DNA of 64,000 nucleotides from Elsinoe ampelina (Eukaryota): NCBI GenBank assembly GCA_010093995.1, contig ML992501.1, positions 1,332,566 to 1,396,565 of the forward strand, read 5' to 3'. Shown piece by piece: positions 59,699 to 64,000 of this stretch (position 1 is its first letter; each line of letters starts with the position of its first letter). The notes under the pieces were generated by a model. It saw only the letters and a program-made list of their open reading frames with translations, ran no database searches and was not told where the DNA came from. The position numbers and the translations under genes were made by a program.

Positions 59699-62294
59699 AT
59701 GCAGCAGCAACCTCTCAATGGAGCCTCGGAAGGTGAACATCCTGCTTGTACAGCTTGCCGTAAGAGGAAGCTTCGTTGCTCAAGAGACATACCAACATGT
59801 GTCAATTGTCAGAAGACCGACTCGGAATGCGTCTACTTCCACAAGAGGAAGCCTGGAGTCAGGGTGGGTGCAATAGAAGGCCTGAGTCGACGTCTTGGTA
59901 TGCTCTGGAATGTTTGATGCATATGTATTTCGCTGATGCGTGGTCCCAGCATTACTCGAAAGCATGCTTCTGAATGATGAAGGCACCCCTGCGATTGATC
60001 TTGTCGGGCTAGCAAAGCATTCAGGCTTGTCCGTACCGACAAGCCTCAGACCACCAAGATCGAGCTTTTCCGGCAACGCAGGAACGGCATTTGACCAAGG
60101 TGATGACAGCGAAGGTGACGATGAGCATACTACCTCGCCCAATCATCGGACCCTCGACACACGACGCACATCGTTCCATTCACCTTCACATGGTCACAAA
60201 CGGAAAGCAGACGACATGCTGGAGCCTGATGATCAGCCGCACACTGACTTTGTGTATCCAAAGACTCTGCCACCTGCGGACATTGTACACATGCTGGTAG
60301 ATTACTTTTGTGTCTCATTCCATCACTGGATTCCCTTCGTCAATAAGCCTAGGATCAAAGCCAAAGCCCGAGAAGCCGTTTGGTCACCAGGATTGCAGTT
60401 GCTCCTTCACGCCATTGTGGCCGCATGCTTACCGCATGTGGATCCCGACCATCTCTCTGTTGGTCGACCTGTAGAGCATGTCGTAGCGGAGTGCAGAGAC
60501 GTGGTCATGCGAAATGCAATAGGCGAGCTCAGCATCGCTAGCTTGCAAAGCTTAGTCGTCCTAGTCTTCGACCTGCTGAATTCAGGACAACATCAGCGAG
60601 CTTGGCCTCTCATCAGCTCGTTGACCAGAGCGGTAGATTATCTACAACTCACGGTAGATCCTTCGCTGGATCGACCTGACTCCCTGATGACGCCGCTCGT
60701 GCTACTTCCACCATCGAATGACTGGACCGAGAACGAGGAGCGCCGGCGATTGTTCTGGATCGTGTTTCTCTTTGATAGGTTCTGCACTGTTCACAATGGC
60801 TGGAACACAAGTCTGACGTCCGAGGACGTTCATCAAAGACTCCCTGCAGATGGGTACTATTTCACTCGTGAAGAACCTGTTCTGACGCCTTACTTTGGCA
60901 TCTGGAACAAGTCTGAAGCAAGGATTGGCAGGTCGCTGATGCATGCACCCGCTCACTATCAATCGAATGATCAGCCCGACACTCCTGTCAGTCATCGCTC
61001 CGCTCGCAGTCCCATTCGTAGTGCTCCGAGCAGATTGGCTGATGCTTCACATCTTGGAGCGTTTGCATACTGTATCGAAGCGACTGAATCACTTTGTCAA
61101 GTCGTGGCTTACTTTGTCCGCCAGCCAGTTGATTGGAACTCAAAGAAGGATGTCTTGAATTGGCTTACTCGGTTCAAGGAGTTGGATCTTCGACTTGTAC
61201 ACTGGAAGATGCTTCTACCACCAAAATGGAGGGACTCGAATATCGCTAGGGAAGGTGAGCCCTTGAATCTTGATCCCAACCTCACGTTGGCACATCTCAG
61301 TCACAATGCCTCGACTACGCTATTGCATTATCCTATCGCATATCCGCCACCTGCCTGGACCAAGACTATTCCACTGCCAAGCGCATGCAGTGCAGAGACA
61401 TGTCGACTTGCAGCTTCGGAAACGCTTCAAATCGTGACGAAGTTCTTGAACACAACGGACATTGATTTTGTCAACCATCAATTCACCTTCTGTGTCTATA
61501 TCGCTGCAAAGTCGTTGCTTGGCGGGCCACGAGCGGAAGCAGATCTACAAGTGCTAGACGCCTTGGTGGGATGCCTGGATGAGATTTCCGCTCGATGGCT
61601 GCGTCGTCAGCATGAGCCAGGCACTGACCAAGCCGCAAAGTACAGAGACCACGTCAAGCTTCTGCGCTATCAACAGACTGCTGAACCAAACTTCAGCTTC
61701 GACTTTTTCGATCACAGTGGGCGTGCAACTCGGCGATCCGACGCCTTTACTAGACCTGCCTTTGTGCCTCCGAGTCGTCCTCAGACGGGTGATCCACGAA
61801 TGGACTTTGACACTCTCTGTCACCCAAGTCCCCAGCAAAGATCCGAGCCACCACCACCAAGACGACAATCGTCTATCGCTTCTGCCAATAGTGGAGCAGC
61901 CACAACGAGCACTCCCAATGCGCAGATGGTGGGACCACAATGGCCCCAGCGAACTCAAAGCTTTCCACCAACCAATCCGCCTAGTGTTCCGACTTACCAA
62001 CAACAAGCCTGGTCAGGACAAGATCCTGGTCCTTATCAGGCTCCAGGACACCGTGGCTCCAATGGCTATGCGAAGCCAGAACGCATACACCAACCCATGC
62101 CGCAAACTAGTACGCAGGTCCCTCCAACATGGCAGATGAGCACGCAAGGGACCGAAGCACAATTGGCCGACCTATCAGCCATGTTCATGGATCCGCGATT
62201 CACCGATGTCGAAAGAGTCATTACATTCGAGGATGCGAACTTCTATATGCCACAAAATGGTTATGCACAGTACGGAAATGGGAATTTACAATAA
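59699..62294 (+). CDS. Zn(II)2Cys6 transcription factor with fungal TF middle domain
   Basis: ACTACRKRKLRCSRDIPTCVNCQKTDSECVY, intron at about 59898-59949, HHWIPF and EERRRLFWIVFLFDRF. Confidence 0.92.
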
Positions 62295-63768
62295 ACCCAT
62301 CCGTAACAGTTTGTTCCCAAACTCTAGGAAATAGTAGTCGGCGTATACCAATCCATGGTCGGCATAGGGTTGATGAGCATGCTCGTTGTGATTGGTAGTC
62401 GCATTGCGGAGGATCGCATCGAATTTGCTCTCGGATACCTGGAAACCATCTTCACCGCCAAGTCCAGCATAATCCTGGTCCAGTGACATGTCTATTGTCT
62501 CTGATACAATCTCAAGCGCAGCTTGAAGGAAGTCCTCTCCGACGGTCCAGCTTTGTAGCCGGTGTGATTCCGGCGCTGAGAGGGACTGAATACCCTGGTG
62601 AATCAGCAAGAAACCATTGGCCACGATCACTGCCGCAGACGTGTCTCTCAAAGGTTCTCGTGGGTTGTCCTGTGGAGCGTCAAAGTCCCAGACGGGCACG
62701 AGCGGGTGGTGATGTCGGCTTTCTCTCAGCCTTCGCAGGAAATATGACCCACACCCAACGGCTGTCTCAAGGAACATTACGTCTCTTGTCCATTGATACG
62801 TCTGCGCAAATCCCATTACGGCCCAAGCTTGGCCCCGACTCCAGCAGCTCTCGTCCTTCCATCCTTGATTGGTCATTTTCGCCTTCACTCCTCCGGTCTT
62901 GGTATCGAAGTTGACCAGGTGGTAGGACGAATAGTCCTCACGGAGAATCGTCTTGCGTACAGTATGGGCATGCGTTGTGGCCATTTCGATCAGTCTGTCA
63001 TCGTTCTGCCGATGACCGATCGTATATAACAAGTCTAGATTGCACATGCTATCGATGATGACGAGGAAGTCGGTCTCCTTGTCAGTGAAGGAGTACCTGT
63101 AATTGATGGCCTGGTCCCAGCTACGGATCGCCCCAACCCTCGAGTCCCACCGGCTCGCCAGCGCGTGGGCGGCATTTGAGACTCCCTGGAGATAGGAAGC
63201 ATCGCCTGTCAATTCCCAATCGGTCTGAAGTGCAGGCTGAACGATAAAGCCCATATCGTGGGTGTCCGTCCGGCTCGACATGTTCTGGATCGCCACAGAC
63301 CAATGTCGTCCAAGCTTTAGGAGATGCTGGTACAGGTCTGTAGAAGAATATGGACTGCGACCCTTGGCGATGTGGGCGGGCCATCTTGCTGATCTCTCAA
63401 GCAAGCTGTAGATACAACCCGGGAAGAATCCACAAGTCCAGAAGTCAGCTTCGCGATACTCGTAGCGACCTGCTTCGGGGCCAGACTGAGGCACGGTGTG
63501 AGGGTAGGCTGGTAGTGGTGCCTGACTATATCAACCCGGCGTTCAGATCGCAAGATATGAATATTGTTACCTTCGTCTCCAGACCTCTTTGTGCTACTTG
63601 TAAGATCTTGGCGAGAACGTTCTCGGAGAAGAGTTGTGACAGATTGATCCCTCGTACATGATGTCGAGCACCACCACCTGTCCCTGAGCTAGTATCTTTC
63701 GAGGCGGTCGTGCAATCTAGGGTTCGCACGTCATTGCTGATGCCGTTTGATTCAGCAGGAAGAAGCAT
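62286..63768 (-). CDS. Glycoside hydrolase family 88 (unsaturated glucuronyl hydrolase)
   Basis: FWTCGFFPG, THDMGF, VIIDSMCNL, WSRGQAW, RDTSAA and YADYYFLE. The upstream exon ends at GLETK|GTAACA (about 63570). The exact start is uncertain. Confidence 0.88.
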
Positions 63769-64000
63769 CTCCTTTCCTGTGTACTGGTGAATCAAAAACG
63801 ATGCAACAAAGTCACACAAGAATACAGAACAAAATTCAGATGCCGCAGTGCCCTCCCATTTGAACACGTCTTACCTCTATTCCGAACTGCTGCAATAGGT
63901 AATATTTGCCTCGTCAACTTACGGGTGTATTTTCTCCCTTGGATCTGCAAGGCCCAAGGAACGAGTGTCAATTCGGAGTGGATCTTTGTCCGGCTACCGA

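Noticed and set aside
1..64000. tRNA/rRNA genes, CRISPR arrays, transposons or Starship captain genes
   Set aside because: None recognised by eye: no transposase, RT or tyrosine recombinase motifs and no AT-rich RIP-degraded blocks. A covariance-model scan was not possible.

Overview
Eukaryotic DNA from a filamentous ascomycete (Pezizomycotina). This is inferred from short GT-AG introns with CTRAC-like branch sites, Zn2Cys6 transcription factors and a fungal NLR. About 31 genes are visible. Most are housekeeping or metabolic genes: MFS transporters, an old yellow enzyme, alanine aminotransferase, acyl-CoA dehydrogenase, hydroxyacid-oxoacid transhydrogenase, RAD6, kinesin-1, Ind1, TSR2, an esterase, an SDR and a GH88 hydrolase. 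The most unusual part is an accessory block at about 5.8-19.5 kb with three components. (1) Five tandem, highly diverged ARF-like small GTPase genes share one 3-exon structure; all lack the G2/G3 catalytic motifs and one is decaying. (2) Head-to-head with them is a large secreted Ser/Thr-rich protein whose central domain, flanked by Kex2-type sites, carries a CNF1/CheD-type G-C-x14-H deamidase-like motif. (3) Convergent with that gene is a PNP_UDP-NB-ARC-TPR NLR. Two more local duplications occur: three tandem SprT/GCNA-like metalloprotease genes (22-26 kb, one broken) and two paralogous uncharacterised membrane proteins (49-54 kb). No RNA genes, CRISPR arrays or transposons were recognised. 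All assignments come from reading motifs by eye; no database search was run.
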